From Brachybacterium sp. (GTDB lineage Bacteria > Actinomycetota > Actinomycetes > Actinomycetales > Dermabacteraceae), in NCBI RefSeq assembly GCF_036379615.1, contig NZ_DASVGJ010000060.1:105310-169309 (forward strand): a stretch of 64,000 bases of DNA, written 5' to 3'. Below the pieces are notes generated by a model, which worked only from the letters and a program-made list of their open reading frames with translations, searched no databases and had not been told where the DNA came from. Both the position numbers and the translations under genes were made by a program. This document shows positions 17,391 to 26,759 of the stretch, one piece after another; position 1 is the first letter of the stretch, and every line of letters starts with the position of its first letter.

Positions 17391-18710
17391 GTGGACCCCG
17401 CAACTCTCGCAGGCATCATCCTCATCTCCGGCGTCGTCGTGCTCATCGGCATCGGCGCCCCGATCGCCGTCGCGATCGGCCTGCCCTCGATCGTGGCGCT
17501 CGCCGCGGTGGTAGGCACCGAGCAGGCGGTGTTCGTCGCCTCCCAGCGCATGTTCACGGGGGCGAGCTCCTTCACGCTGCTGGCGATCCCGTTCTTCGTG
17601 CTCGCCGGTTCGCTGATGAACACCGGCGGCATCGCCGAGCGCCTCATCGACGCCGCCAAGGTGCTCGTGGGCCGGATGCCCGGCTCCCTCGCCCAGACGA
17701 ACGTCGTGGGCAACGCCCTGTTCAGCTCCGTCTCCGGGGCGGCCGTGGCCTCGGCCGCGGCGATGGGCTCCACCCTCGGCCCCCGCATGCGCAAGGAGGG
17801 CTACGACCCGGCGTTCTCCGCCGCCGTCAACGCCGCCTCCGCGCCGGCGGGCATGATGATCCCGCCGTCGAACACCCTGATCGTGTACTCACTGGTTTCC
17901 TCGACCTCGGTGGCGACGCTGTTCATGGCGGGCTACGGTCCCGGCATCGTCTGGGTGCTCGCCTGCCTGATCGTCGTCGCGCTCATCGCCCGGCGCCGGC
18001 CCGACATGTTGACGCGCGGCGAGCGCATCCCGCTGGGCCTCGCGCTGCGGACCCTGCTCAAGGCGGTGCCCGCGATCTTCATGATCGTGGTCGTGGTCGG
18101 CGGCCTGCTGGCCGGCTTCTTCACCGCGACCGAGTCCGCGGTGATCGCCGTCGCGTACTCCTTCGTGCTGGGGCTCGTCTACCGGCAGCTCACGCTGAAG
18201 AACCTGCCCTCGGTGGTCGCGGGCGCCGCCCGCACGACCGCGGTCGTGATGCTGCTGGTGGCCGTCTCCTCGGCGCTGAGCTGGGTGCTGTCCTACGCGA
18301 TGATCCCGCAGTCGATCTCCACGGCGCTGCTGGGGCTCGCGGACTCCACGACGGTCATCCTGCTGCTGATGATGCTGATCCTGCTGGCCGTGGGCGCCTT
18401 CATGGACCCCACCCCGGCGATCCTCATCTTCACGCCGATCTTCCTGCCGATCGCCCTCGAGCTCGGGGTGGATCCGATCCACTTCGGCATGATGATCACC
18501 TTCAACCTGTCGCTGGGCACGATCACCCCGCCCGTGGGGAACATCCTGTTCATCAGCGCGAAGGTGGGCGGGGTGCAGGTCGAGCCCGTCATCAAGGCGA
18601 TGCTGCCGTTCTTCCTCGCCCTGTTCATCGGCCTGGTGCTGGTGGTGTTCATCCCGCAGATCTCGATGTTCCTGCCCGATCTGCTGGGCATGACCGGCGA
18701 GGCGGGCTGA
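17391..18710 (+). CDS. dctM: TRAP transporter large permease
   Basis: LLAIPFFVLAG, SGAAVASAAAMG, IPPS, TPPVG motifs. Confidence 0.95.
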   Translation: MDPATLAGIILISGVVVLIGIGAPIAVAIGLPSIVALAAVVGTEQAVFVASQRMFTGASSFTLLAIPFFVLAGSLMNTGGIAERLIDAAKVLVGRMPGSLAQTNVVGNALFSSVSGAAVASAAAMGSTLGPRMRKEGYDPAFSAAVNAASAPAGMMIPPSNTLIVYSLVSSTSVATLFMAGYGPGIVWVLACLIVVALIARRRPDMLTRGERIPLGLALRTLLKAVPAIFMIVVVVGGLLAGFFTATESAVIAVAYSFVLGLVYRQLTLKNLPSVVAGAARTTAVVMLLVAVSSALSWVLSYAMIPQSISTALLGLADSTTVILLLMMLILLAVGAFMDPTPAILIFTPIFLPIALELGVDPIHFGMMITFNLSLGTITPPVGNILFISAKVGGVQVEPVIKAMLPFFLALFIGLVLVVFIPQISMFLPDLLGMTGEAG

Positions 18711-18753
18711 CCCGCCGGCGCGGTCTCACGGCGCGGCCGTTCCGCGCGACCAC

Positions 18754-18796
18754 CGATCCCCGCATCCCTCTGCGGCGCAGAGGGATGCGGGGATCG
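18754..18796. terminator. Bidirectional hairpin terminator between dctM and ecfT
   Basis: Perfect 20-bp inverted repeat 18754-18773/18777-18796 between convergent genes. Confidence 0.8.
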
Positions 18797-18820
18797 TCGT
18801 GCCCGGGGCCTGCACGATGC

Positions 18821-19651
18821 TCAGACGAAGGGGTTCCAGAACCGCCCGCCGTTGACCACCAGCAGCATGAGCGGGATCACCACCAGCACCACGGCGACCG
18901 CGATCAGCACCAGGTCCCGGGCCCGCAGCGACGTGCTGACCAGCCAGGTGCGCCGCCTCCCACGCCCGAAGCCACGCAGCTCCATCGCGGCCGAGACCGA
19001 CTCGATGCGGTCGAAGGTTCCCAGCAGCAGCGGCATCAGCACCGAGGCGAGGTTCCGCACCCGGGTGGAGAGACCGACGCCGCGGCTGGTGTCGAGGCCG
19101 CGCGCCTGCTGCGCCTGGGAGATCGTGCGGAACTCCCGCTGCAGGTCGGGGATGTACCGCAGCGCGAGCGACACGGCGTACGCGATCCGATAGGGCACGC
19201 CGATCCGCGCCAGGGAGGAGGCGAACTCCGGGGGGCGGGTGGTGGCCACGAAGAGGAGCACCGCCGGCAGCACTGCGACGTACTTCAGGGTGACCGCGAG
19301 CTGGTAGAACAGCTGCTCGGCGGTCACATCCCACTGCCAGGGGCCATCGAGCAGCAGGTGCCGGGTGCCGAACAGCTCCGTGCCGTAGCCGGGGGCGAAC
19401 AGGAAGATCCCGATGTTGTTCAGCACCATGAACACCAGGATCAGCCACAGCACCACGGCAAGATCCCGCGGGCGCACCCGCGAGAACCCCCACAGCACGA
19501 GCGAGCCCAGCGACACCGCGGCGAGGTAGCGCACGTCGAAGCCGATCATCGCGCCGAGCACCACCCCGAGGGCGAGCATCAGCTTGGAGACGCCGGCGAG
19601 GGAGTGCAGGGGGCCCGGGCGGTCGATGTAGCCGAGGACGGGAGCGGTCAT
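18821..19651 (-). CDS. ECF transporter transmembrane (T) component
   Basis: ALRYIP, AQQARG and AMELRGF coupling motifs. Confidence 0.92.
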   Translation of the reverse strand: MTAPVLGYIDRPGPLHSLAGVSKLMLALGVVLGAMIGFDVRYLAAVSLGSLVLWGFSRVRPRDLAVVLWLILVFMVLNNIGIFLFAPGYGTELFGTRHLLLDGPWQWDVTAEQLFYQLAVTLKYVAVLPAVLLFVATTRPPEFASSLARIGVPYRIAYAVSLALRYIPDLQREFRTISQAQQARGLDTSRGVGLSTRVRNLASVLMPLLLGTFDRIESVSAAMELRGFGRGRRRTWLVSTSLRARDLVLIAVAVVLVVIPLMLLVVNGGRFWNPFV

Positions 19652-21432
19652 GGCGCCACCTCGCGCGCGGCCCGGTCCACCGCGACGAAGCGGCGGACGA
19701 GCCGGTGGGGTTCCGTGATGCCGCAGCGCCTGGCGAGGTCGTAGAGTCCCGTCGTCACCAGGTCGGCGCGTCGGGTGAGCTCCGGATCGGTGAGCACCAC
19801 GGCCGGATCGTCGTCGGCCAGCAGGTCCCCGCCGGAGAGGACCAGCACCCGATCGGTGTATTCGAGGGCGAGGTGCATGTCGTGGGTGATCAGCACGACG
19901 GTGGTGCCGGCGTCGTTGACCCGGCGCAGGAACTCCATGAACTCGGTGTAGTGGGCGTGGTCCTGCCCGGCCGTGGGCTCGTCCAGGAGCAGCACCTCCG
20001 GCTCCAGGGCGAGGATCGCGGCGATGCTGACGCGCTTCTTCTGGCCGTGGCTGAGCGCCGAGAGCGGCCAGGTGCGGAACGGACGCAGCCCGCAGACCTC
20101 GAGCACGGCGGTCGTGCGCCGTGCGATCTCCTCCGCGTCGAGACCGCGGGTGCGCATCCCGAGCGCGATCTCGTCGGCCACCCGGGGCTGGGAGATCGAC
20201 TGCCCGGGCTCCTGCAGCACGAAGCCCACCCGACGGCCGCGCTCGGCGAGGCTCCAGGAGGCGGCATCGGCCCCTCCGATCAGCACCTGACCGTCGGTCG
20301 TCCTCTCGAACCCGCAGATCACACGGGCGAGGGTCGACTTCCCGGCGCCGTTGGAGCCGAGCACCCCGATCATCTCGCCTCGCGCGATGCGGGCGTCGAC
20401 ACGGGACAGGGCGAGGGTGCTGCGTCCGGGGCCGACGGAGATCTCGCTGCGGACGCCGCGGAGCTCGAGCGCCGCCTCCGCAGCGTCCGGGCCCGCTTCT
20501 GCAGCATCCGTCCCCGCCGCCTCGGGCGCGTCGTCGACCGCCGCGTCCAGGACCCAGGCACGGACGGCGGCGATCTGCTGCGGGGTGAGGTGGATGTCGC
20601 TGCTGCGGGAGGGGCGCTGGCCGGCATGGGCCGGGACCCCGGCGTGGCGCAGGGCCGCGACGTGCAGCGGCGGGCGGATGCCGTGCTGCTCGAGCAGGCC
20701 GGAGGCGATGACCTCGTCCGGGGAGGCGTCGGCGATGATGCGTCCGCGGTCCATGAGCACGATGCGGTCCACGTCCCGGTGCAGGACGTCCTCGAGGCGG
20801 TGCTCGACGATCAGCACAGTGGTGCCGTGGTCCCGGTGCAGTGCGTCCACGAGCTCGACGGCGGCGCGACCGGTTGCCGGGTCGAGGTTCGCCAGCGGCT
20901 CGTCCAGCAGCAGCACCTCGACCTCGTCGACCAGCACGCCCGCGATCGCGACGCGCTGCTTCTGCCCGCCCGAGAGATCGTGCGGGGAGGACTCCAGACG
21001 GTCCTCGATGCCGGCGAGTCGTGCGGCGCTCTCGATCCGGGCGGGCATCTCCTCCCGGGGGACCTGCCGGTTCTCGAGGCTGAAGGCGATGTCCTCGACC
21101 ACCGAGAGGCCCACGAACTGGCTGCTGCTGTCCTGCAGCACCGTGCCGACCACGCCCGAGGTCTCCACCAGCGGGATGCGAGCGGGGTCCTTCCCCTGCA
21201 CGCGCACGGTGCCCGTGGCGGTGCCGCGGTGATGGTGCGGGATCAGTCCGTTCAGGGCGCGCAGCAGCGTGGACTTCCCGGAGCCGGAGGCGCCGACGAC
21301 GGCGACCTTCTCCCCGCGCCGCACCACCAGGTCGATGTCGTGCAGGGTCGGGGCGGACTGCGCCCGGTACTGGAACGAGTACGCGGACAGCTCGATCAGC
21401 GGTTCCCCGGCAGGGCCGCGAGCATCCGGCAT
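19648..21432 (-). CDS. ECF transporter double-NBD ATPase
   Basis: Two Walker A (GASGSGKST, GSNGAGKST), LSGGQ and LSHGQ signatures, two LLLDEP; alternative start GTG 21438. Confidence 0.93.
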   Translation of the reverse strand: MPDARGPAGEPLIELSAYSFQYRAQSAPTLHDIDLVVRRGEKVAVVGASGSGKSTLLRALNGLIPHHHRGTATGTVRVQGKDPARIPLVETSGVVGTVLQDSSSQFVGLSVVEDIAFSLENRQVPREEMPARIESAARLAGIEDRLESSPHDLSGGQKQRVAIAGVLVDEVEVLLLDEPLANLDPATGRAAVELVDALHRDHGTTVLIVEHRLEDVLHRDVDRIVLMDRGRIIADASPDEVIASGLLEQHGIRPPLHVAALRHAGVPAHAGQRPSRSSDIHLTPQQIAAVRAWVLDAAVDDAPEAAGTDAAEAGPDAAEAALELRGVRSEISVGPGRSTLALSRVDARIARGEMIGVLGSNGAGKSTLARVICGFERTTDGQVLIGGADAASWSLAERGRRVGFVLQEPGQSISQPRVADEIALGMRTRGLDAEEIARRTTAVLEVCGLRPFRTWPLSALSHGQKKRVSIAAILALEPEVLLLDEPTAGQDHAHYTEFMEFLRRVNDAGTTVVLITHDMHLALEYTDRVLVLSGGDLLADDDPAVVLTDPELTRRADLVTTGLYDLARRCGITEPHRLVRRFVAVDRAAREVAP

Positions 21433-21434
21433 CG

Positions 21435-21986
21435 TCACTGGTCGTGGCTCAGCGACCCGGTCCTGGTGCGGGTGCGGGCGTAGAGGGAGAGGATCAGCAG
21501 GCCCAGCACCACGGCGGTCACCGAGTTCGACACGAAGGCGAGGGCGCCCTGGGTCCACACCTTGTTCGCCGGCTCCGAGTAGATCAGCACGTCGCCCAGC
21601 GGGGCGATCACCAGCCAGGCCACCAGGTTCGCGAGGACCACGGCCCCCGAGAACCGCAGCGCCGATCCCCGGCCGAACTCTCCGTCTGCCAGAGCATTGC
21701 GCAGCAGGAGCACCCCGACGAGCAGCCCGAAGACCCCGGAGGCCAGCTCCCAGCTGAGCCAGATCCCGTAGCCGGTGGCGTCGATGAGCAGATGGCCGAT
21801 GAACCCGGCCAGCGCACCGACCAGCGGTCCGTAGAGCACGGCGAACACGGCGAGGATCGCGTACTGGATGCTGATCGAGGTGTTCGGGATCGGGGTCGGG
21901 ATCGCGACGAAGCGTCCGAGCACGAAGAAGAGCGCGGCGCCGATGCCGATGGCGACCACCTGGGTCACGGGAGAGGTGCGGGTCAT
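21435..21986 (-). CDS. ECF S-component (UPF0397-like)
   Basis: QVVAIGIGAALFFVLGRFVAIPTPIPNTSISIQYA...IWLSW hydrophobic pattern. Confidence 0.85.
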   Translation of the reverse strand: MTRTSPVTQVVAIGIGAALFFVLGRFVAIPTPIPNTSISIQYAILAVFAVLYGPLVGALAGFIGHLLIDATGYGIWLSWELASGVFGLLVGVLLLRNALADGEFGRGSALRFSGAVVLANLVAWLVIAPLGDVLIYSEPANKVWTQGALAFVSNSVTAVVLGLLILSLYARTRTRTGSLSHDQ

Positions 21987-22016
21987 GACGGGTCCTTGTC
22001 GAGAGGTGGGGGAGGG

Positions 22017-22856
22017 TCAGCGCACGGGGTCGAGGGTCACGTGCCAGGACGCGCCGGTGCCGAGGGAGAAGGCGCGAGCGTAGTGACCACGATTGATCGC
22101 GATCGCCATCCTGTCCAGCGAGTTCACGTACAGCAGCGACTCGCCGATCTCGACGGAGGCGAAGCTGTGGGCATAGGTCACCTGCGCGGCGTGCACGACC
22201 GTGTCGTGGTGATGGACCCGCACCCTCACCCGGTCACCCGGGGCGACGGCGAGCTCGCGGAACAGCTCGCGAGGGATGGAGGTCCACAGGGAGCCGTAGC
22301 GCACGTCGAGGGTGTCGATGATCCCGCGGATCGAGCCGTCGCGCAGTGTCGGTGCGGTGATCGGCAGGCGCACCAGCTCACCGAGGTCCACGGTGCGGCC
22401 GACGTCCTCGAAAGAGGTCGCTGCGGAGGCCAGACGAGCGCCGGTGAAGGCGTAGATGTCCCGGCCGTGGAAGGTGTAGGACTCCTCGGAGCCGGGGCGG
22501 CGGTTGCGGGTCTCGTCGATCTCCCGCAGCTCGGTGATGCCGAAGATGTCCTCGAGGTGGGTGAGGGTGCCGTTGTCGGGGGTGACCACGTAGTGCCCGG
22601 TCGCGGTGCGGGCCACGACCGACAGCCGGTCCGAGCCCACCCCGGGGTCGACCACGGAGACGAACACGGTGCCCTCGGGCCAGTAGGTGAGCACCTGGGC
22701 GAGCCGGTAGGAGCCCTCCCAGATGTCATAGGGCGGGATGTTGTGGGTGACGTCGTGGATCCGCAGGGTGGGGTCGACGCCGACGGCCACGCCGTACATG
22801 GCGCTGACGGCGCCGTCGTCGAGGCCGAAATCTGACTGCAGGACGAGGGAGCTCAT
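22017..22856 (-). CDS. SAM hydroxide adenosyltransferase / SAM hydrolase (DUF62)
   Basis: LQSDFG, DVTH, VVDPGVGS, TFHGRDIY, DVRYGSLWT; ATG at 22856 preceded by a CATACT -10 six nt upstream. Confidence 0.9.
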   Translation of the reverse strand: MSSLVLQSDFGLDDGAVSAMYGVAVGVDPTLRIHDVTHNIPPYDIWEGSYRLAQVLTYWPEGTVFVSVVDPGVGSDRLSVVARTATGHYVVTPDNGTLTHLEDIFGITELREIDETRNRRPGSEESYTFHGRDIYAFTGARLASAATSFEDVGRTVDLGELVRLPITAPTLRDGSIRGIIDTLDVRYGSLWTSIPRELFRELAVAPGDRVRVRVHHHDTVVHAAQVTYAHSFASVEIGESLLYVNSLDRMAIAINRGHYARAFSLGTGASWHVTLDPVR

Positions 22857-22938
22857 GGGGGAAGTATGGGTTCTCCGGCCACGGCCTGCACAGCTGTGAG
22901 ACGCCATGAGACGCCGCCGAGCTCGGCGAGCCCTGTGC

Positions 22939-23805
22939 TCAGACCAGGAAGATCGGGATCAGCCCGGGGTTGTGCGCGTGGACGATCGCGAGGAAGACCA
23001 CCACGTCGAACAGCAGGTGCACGATCAGCACGTACAGCAGGGACCCGGTGCGGGTGAAGAGCCAGCCCTGCAGCAGTGCGAACGGAGCGGTGAGCAGGGG
23101 CCCCCATTCCTGGTAGCCGAGCTCCCACAGGAAGGACACGAAGATGGTCGCCTGCAGGAGGTTGGCCGTCCAGAGCCCGAAGTGGCGGCGCAGCAGCGCG
23201 AAGCAGGTGCAGATGAAGAACAGCTCGTCCCACGTGCCCACGAAGTTCACGCCCACGAAGAAGCGACCCAGCGCCCCGGCGTCGGTGATGTGGGGCCAGT
23301 TCTCGTAGGCGCCCGAGGTGATGAAGTAGTAGGGCAGCAGCAGCCAGCCCAGCACCGGGACGGCGATGAGATATCCCCACTGCCAGCGGTTCCACGGCTG
23401 CCCGGAGAGCCACGGGAAGCGGATCGCCCGGCGTCGCAGGAGCAGGCGGTCCACCAGCAGCGGCAGGGTGACGGCGAGGATCAGCACGGTGCCGATGGTG
23501 AAGAACCGGTCCCAGTCCACGTCCGCCTTCACCGAGGTGACCGAGACGACGGCGATGCCGAGGCCGATCAGGGACAGGTCCTTGCCCAGCTCCCGCGAGA
23601 CCAGGAACGCGCCGAGCAGGCTGAGCGCGAGCAGGCCGTGCCCCCAGCCGGCGAGCTGGAGCCCGAACAGCAGGAAGGCAGAGAGGGACACACCGAGGGC
23701 TGGCAGCAGACCGATCCGCGGGGTGGGCTGCGGAGCGGACGGCGCGGAGGACTGCGGCGGGGTCGATGCGGTCGGTTCAGCGGCGGGAGGGGGCGGCGTC
23801 GCCAT
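22939..23805 (-). CDS. CPBP/Abi-family intramembrane protease-like protein
   Basis: Multi-TM; variant motifs WDELFF, QATIFVSFLWE, HLLFD. Confidence 0.7.
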   Translation of the reverse strand: MATPPPPAAEPTASTPPQSSAPSAPQPTPRIGLLPALGVSLSAFLLFGLQLAGWGHGLLALSLLGAFLVSRELGKDLSLIGLGIAVVSVTSVKADVDWDRFFTIGTVLILAVTLPLLVDRLLLRRRAIRFPWLSGQPWNRWQWGYLIAVPVLGWLLLPYYFITSGAYENWPHITDAGALGRFFVGVNFVGTWDELFFICTCFALLRRHFGLWTANLLQATIFVSFLWELGYQEWGPLLTAPFALLQGWLFTRTGSLLYVLIVHLLFDVVVFLAIVHAHNPGLIPIFLV

Positions 23806-23915
23806 GGGCACAGCATGCCATCCCGGCCGGCCGGTCGTGCGCACTCACATGTCGTTCGCGGCGATCACCAGCTCGGCGGTGTCCTCGCAGAGCACCGCGG
23901 GCGAGGACCTCATCG

Positions 23916-24938
23916 TCAGCGCACCGCCGCTCCGTCCAGCCCCCAGGCCTCGGCCAGCAGCTCGAGTCCGCGCAGCCGGTCCGCGGGATCGAAGTAGTAG
24001 GCGGTGAGGATGAGCTCGTCGGCCTCGGTGGCGGCGACGATCTCCTCGAGCTGGCGCACCACGGTGGCGGGGGAGCCGACGGCCCTGATCGACAGAGTCT
24101 AATCGACCTGGGAGAGCAGGTGCGGGTCGGCGACCTCCTCGATCGGGCGCGGCGGCTGGATCTTCTGTCGCTGACCGGTGACGACCCCCAGGAACATCTG
24201 CTGGAGCGTGGTGAACTGGCGCTGCGCCTCCTCGTCGGTCTCCGAGATCACCAGGTTCACGCCGACCATGGTGCGGGGTGCGGAGATCTGCGCCGAGGGG
24301 GCGCCGGCGTCGAAGTTGTCCCGGTAGGTGTGCAGGGCGTGCAGGTACTGGAAGGGCGCGAAGTGCGAGGCGACGGAGAACGGCATGCCCAGCTGGGCGG
24401 CCAGCCGTGCCCCGTTGGCGGTCGAGCCGAGGATCCACATCGGCACCTCGGTGCCGCGGGCGACGTCCGCCGTGATCGGCATCCCGCCGCTGGTCTCCTC
24501 GCGGGACCAGTCGCGCATCTGCTCGACCGCGGCGATGAACGCCGACGGCTCCGCGGAGGTGCGGGCCAGCAGCTGCGCGGTGAGCTGGTCGGTGCCCGGT
24601 GCGCGCCCCAGGCCCAGGTCGATCCGGTCGCCGTGGAACTGGACCAGGGTGCCGAACTGCTCGATGACGGAGAGCGGGGAGTGGTTGGGCAGCATGATGC
24701 CGCCGGAGCCGACGCGGATCCGCTCGGTGAGCGAGGCGGCGCGATCGATCAGCAGCGCCGTCGCGCTCGAGGCGAGGCTGTTCGTGTTGTGGTGCTCGGC
24801 GTACCAGAGCCGCTCATAGCCGAGGCGATCCGCGGCGCGGGCCCCCTCCATCGACGCGGCGATGGCCTCCCGCGTGGTCATGCCCTCCGAGATGGGGACG
24901 AGATCGAGCAGGGACAGCGGCACGTGAGGAGCGTTCAT
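23916..24938 (-). pseudogene. LLM-class (luciferase-like) flavin-dependent oxidoreductase with one in-frame amber stop
   Basis: WYAEHHN, RVGSGGIMLPNHSP, GLGRAPG; TAG at 24099-24101, then the same frame continues TLSIRAVGSPATVVRQLEEIVAATEADELIL...LELLAEAW to TGA at 23916. Confidence 0.85.
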
Positions 24939-25009
24939 GCGTCTCAGGCTATCCAGGGACCGGTCGCAGCGGACGGCTCGAGGATGAGACCTTGTCGTCC
25001 TCGTCCCGG

Positions 25010-25036
25010 GGAAGGTCTCCGGGCTCTCCCGCGTTG
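25010..25036 (+). promoter_or_regulatory. Candidate SigH/SigR-type promoter
   Basis: GGAAG, 18 bp, GTTG; ATG at 25045 follows with no SD. Confidence 0.45.
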
Positions 25037-25044
25037 ATCACAGC

Positions 25045-26016
25045 ATGAGGCTCTCCCTGCTCGACCGCTCCCGCACGCGCCATGGGCAGGCGGAGACCGC
25101 CGCTCTCACCCACTCCGTGGAGCGGGCCGTCGAGGTCGAAGCCCTGGGCTACGAGCGATTCTGGGTGGCCGAGCACCATACGGTGCCCGGCATCGCCAGC
25201 GGCTCCCCGGCGGTGCTGCTCGCCGCGATCGGGGTCCGCACCGCCCGGATCCGTCTCGGCTCCGGCGGCATCATGCTCCCCAACCATCGTCCGCTCGTGG
25301 TCGCCGAGCAGTTCCGGATGCTGGCGGCGCTGCATCCGGACCGCATCGACCTGGGGCTGGGCCGCTCGCTGGGCTTCACCGAACCGGTGCGGGCCGCTCT
25401 GGGCCGACTCGAGGCGGATCCGGCGTCCTTCGCCCGTGAGATCGCGGAGGTGCGCGGCTACCTCGAGAACTCGGCTCCGCTCACCGCCCGGCCCGCCGAC
25501 GCCGGTGAGGTGCCGCTGTTCGTGCTCGCGACCGGCAGCGGGATCGACACCGCCGCCGAGCTGGGCCTGCCGGTGGTGCTCGGTGGCCAGTTCCTGGACT
25601 CCCCGGAGCTGCCGGAGCGGCTCGACGCCTATCGTCGAGCGTTCCGCCCGCATCGGGGCAGCGCCCCGCAGGTCATCGTCTCCGTGGACGCCCTGGTCGC
25701 GGACACCGACGCCGAGGCCCGGGAGCTCGCGCTGCCGGAGGTCTGGGCGATGGTGCGCTCGCGCACGACGGGGGAGTTCGGACCGCTCGAGCCGGTGGAG
25801 CGGATCCGCGCCGCGGAGATCAGCGAGCGGGAAGGCCGACGGCTCGAGCGCGGCCTCGCCGCGACCGTGGCGGGCTCGGCCTCCACGGTGCGCCTCCGGA
25901 TCGAGCAGCTGCTCGAACGCACCGGTGCTGAGGAGATCCTCGCGACCGGCGCGACCTACGACCGCCGGGCGCTCGCCGCCTCGGATCGCGAGCTCGGACG
26001 ACTGCTGCTGGGGTGA
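25045..26016 (+). CDS. LLM-class flavin-dependent oxidoreductase (second, divergent paralogue)
   Basis: FWVAEHH, RLGSGGIMLPNHRP, DLGLGRS. Confidence 0.92.
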   Translation: MRLSLLDRSRTRHGQAETAALTHSVERAVEVEALGYERFWVAEHHTVPGIASGSPAVLLAAIGVRTARIRLGSGGIMLPNHRPLVVAEQFRMLAALHPDRIDLGLGRSLGFTEPVRAALGRLEADPASFAREIAEVRGYLENSAPLTARPADAGEVPLFVLATGSGIDTAAELGLPVVLGGQFLDSPELPERLDAYRRAFRPHRGSAPQVIVSVDALVADTDAEARELALPEVWAMVRSRTTGEFGPLEPVERIRAAEISEREGRRLERGLAATVAGSASTVRLRIEQLLERTGAEEILATGATYDRRALAASDRELGRLLLG

Positions 26017-26052
26017 GCTGCGGTGACGCCGACGGTCTGCGCCGCCGTCCGC

Positions 26053-26703
26053 TCAGCCGACCTCCACCCCGAGGCTGAGCAGGATGTTCCCCAGCACCAT
26101 GAGGGCGAGCACCACCAGAGCGCCGACCGGCACGGCACGCAGGCGCAGCGGCTCATGGGGCACCTCGGCGACGCTGCGCGCGAAGAGGTGGGACATCGGC
26201 GCGAACACCAGGAGCGCCCTCCCCGCCGCCAGGACCGCGATCTGGGCCGTGGCCGGGATGTCGGCCGGACTGATCGCGAGATACAGGACGCTCAGCAGCA
26301 CCGAGATGATCATCCCGCAGAGCCAGGGGAACAGCGTCATGGCGTTGCGAGGTCGTGCCTCCGCCCCGGCATGGCGCGCCATGTGCGGGGCGAAGGCGCG
26401 CGCATTGAGGAACATCCCGCCCACGCCGGCCGCGAGGGCCACGAACTGGAGCGCGAAGGGGGGCCCGAGCAGCTGGGCCGCCATCCCCGTGTCCCCAGCG
26501 CCGAACGGGGTCAGGCACAGGTACATGATCCCCTCCTGCACCGAGACGAAGGCGAACCACAGCCACACCAGATGCAGGAGGTCACCGCGCGTGCGCAGCG
26601 GGGTCCACAGCTGCATGGCCATGCCCGTGACCAGGCTGAAGGCGGGGCCGGCGAGGAGCATCACCACCTGGTCCGCGTCAGAGGGCGAGTCCAGAGGGGT
26701 CAC
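26053..26703 (-). pseudogene. Multi-TM membrane protein, probably 5'-truncated
   Basis: Hydrophobic helices, LAGPAFSL motif; first usable start GTG 26703 has no RBS, and coding-like frame extends to the upstream gene's stop. Confidence 0.45.
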
Positions 26704-26759
26704 GCCGAAGGAGTACAGGCGATGCGCACGGAGTCCCGCCGACTCCCCGCGGCCTGCTC

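Noticed and set aside
16667-19744. 1025-aa plus-strand ORF
   Set aside because: Overlaps dctQ/dctM out of frame and ecfT antisense; low-complexity Arg-rich translation
22017-22856. Fluorinase/chlorinase (halogenase)
   Set aside because: Retains the TFHGRD His-Arg hydrolase motif of DUF62 and sits in a transporter operon, not a biosynthetic cluster
24099-24101. Pyrrolysine recoding of the amber codon
   Set aside because: No pyl genes in the window, and the protein family is not a known Pyl carrier; a nonsense mutation or error is simpler
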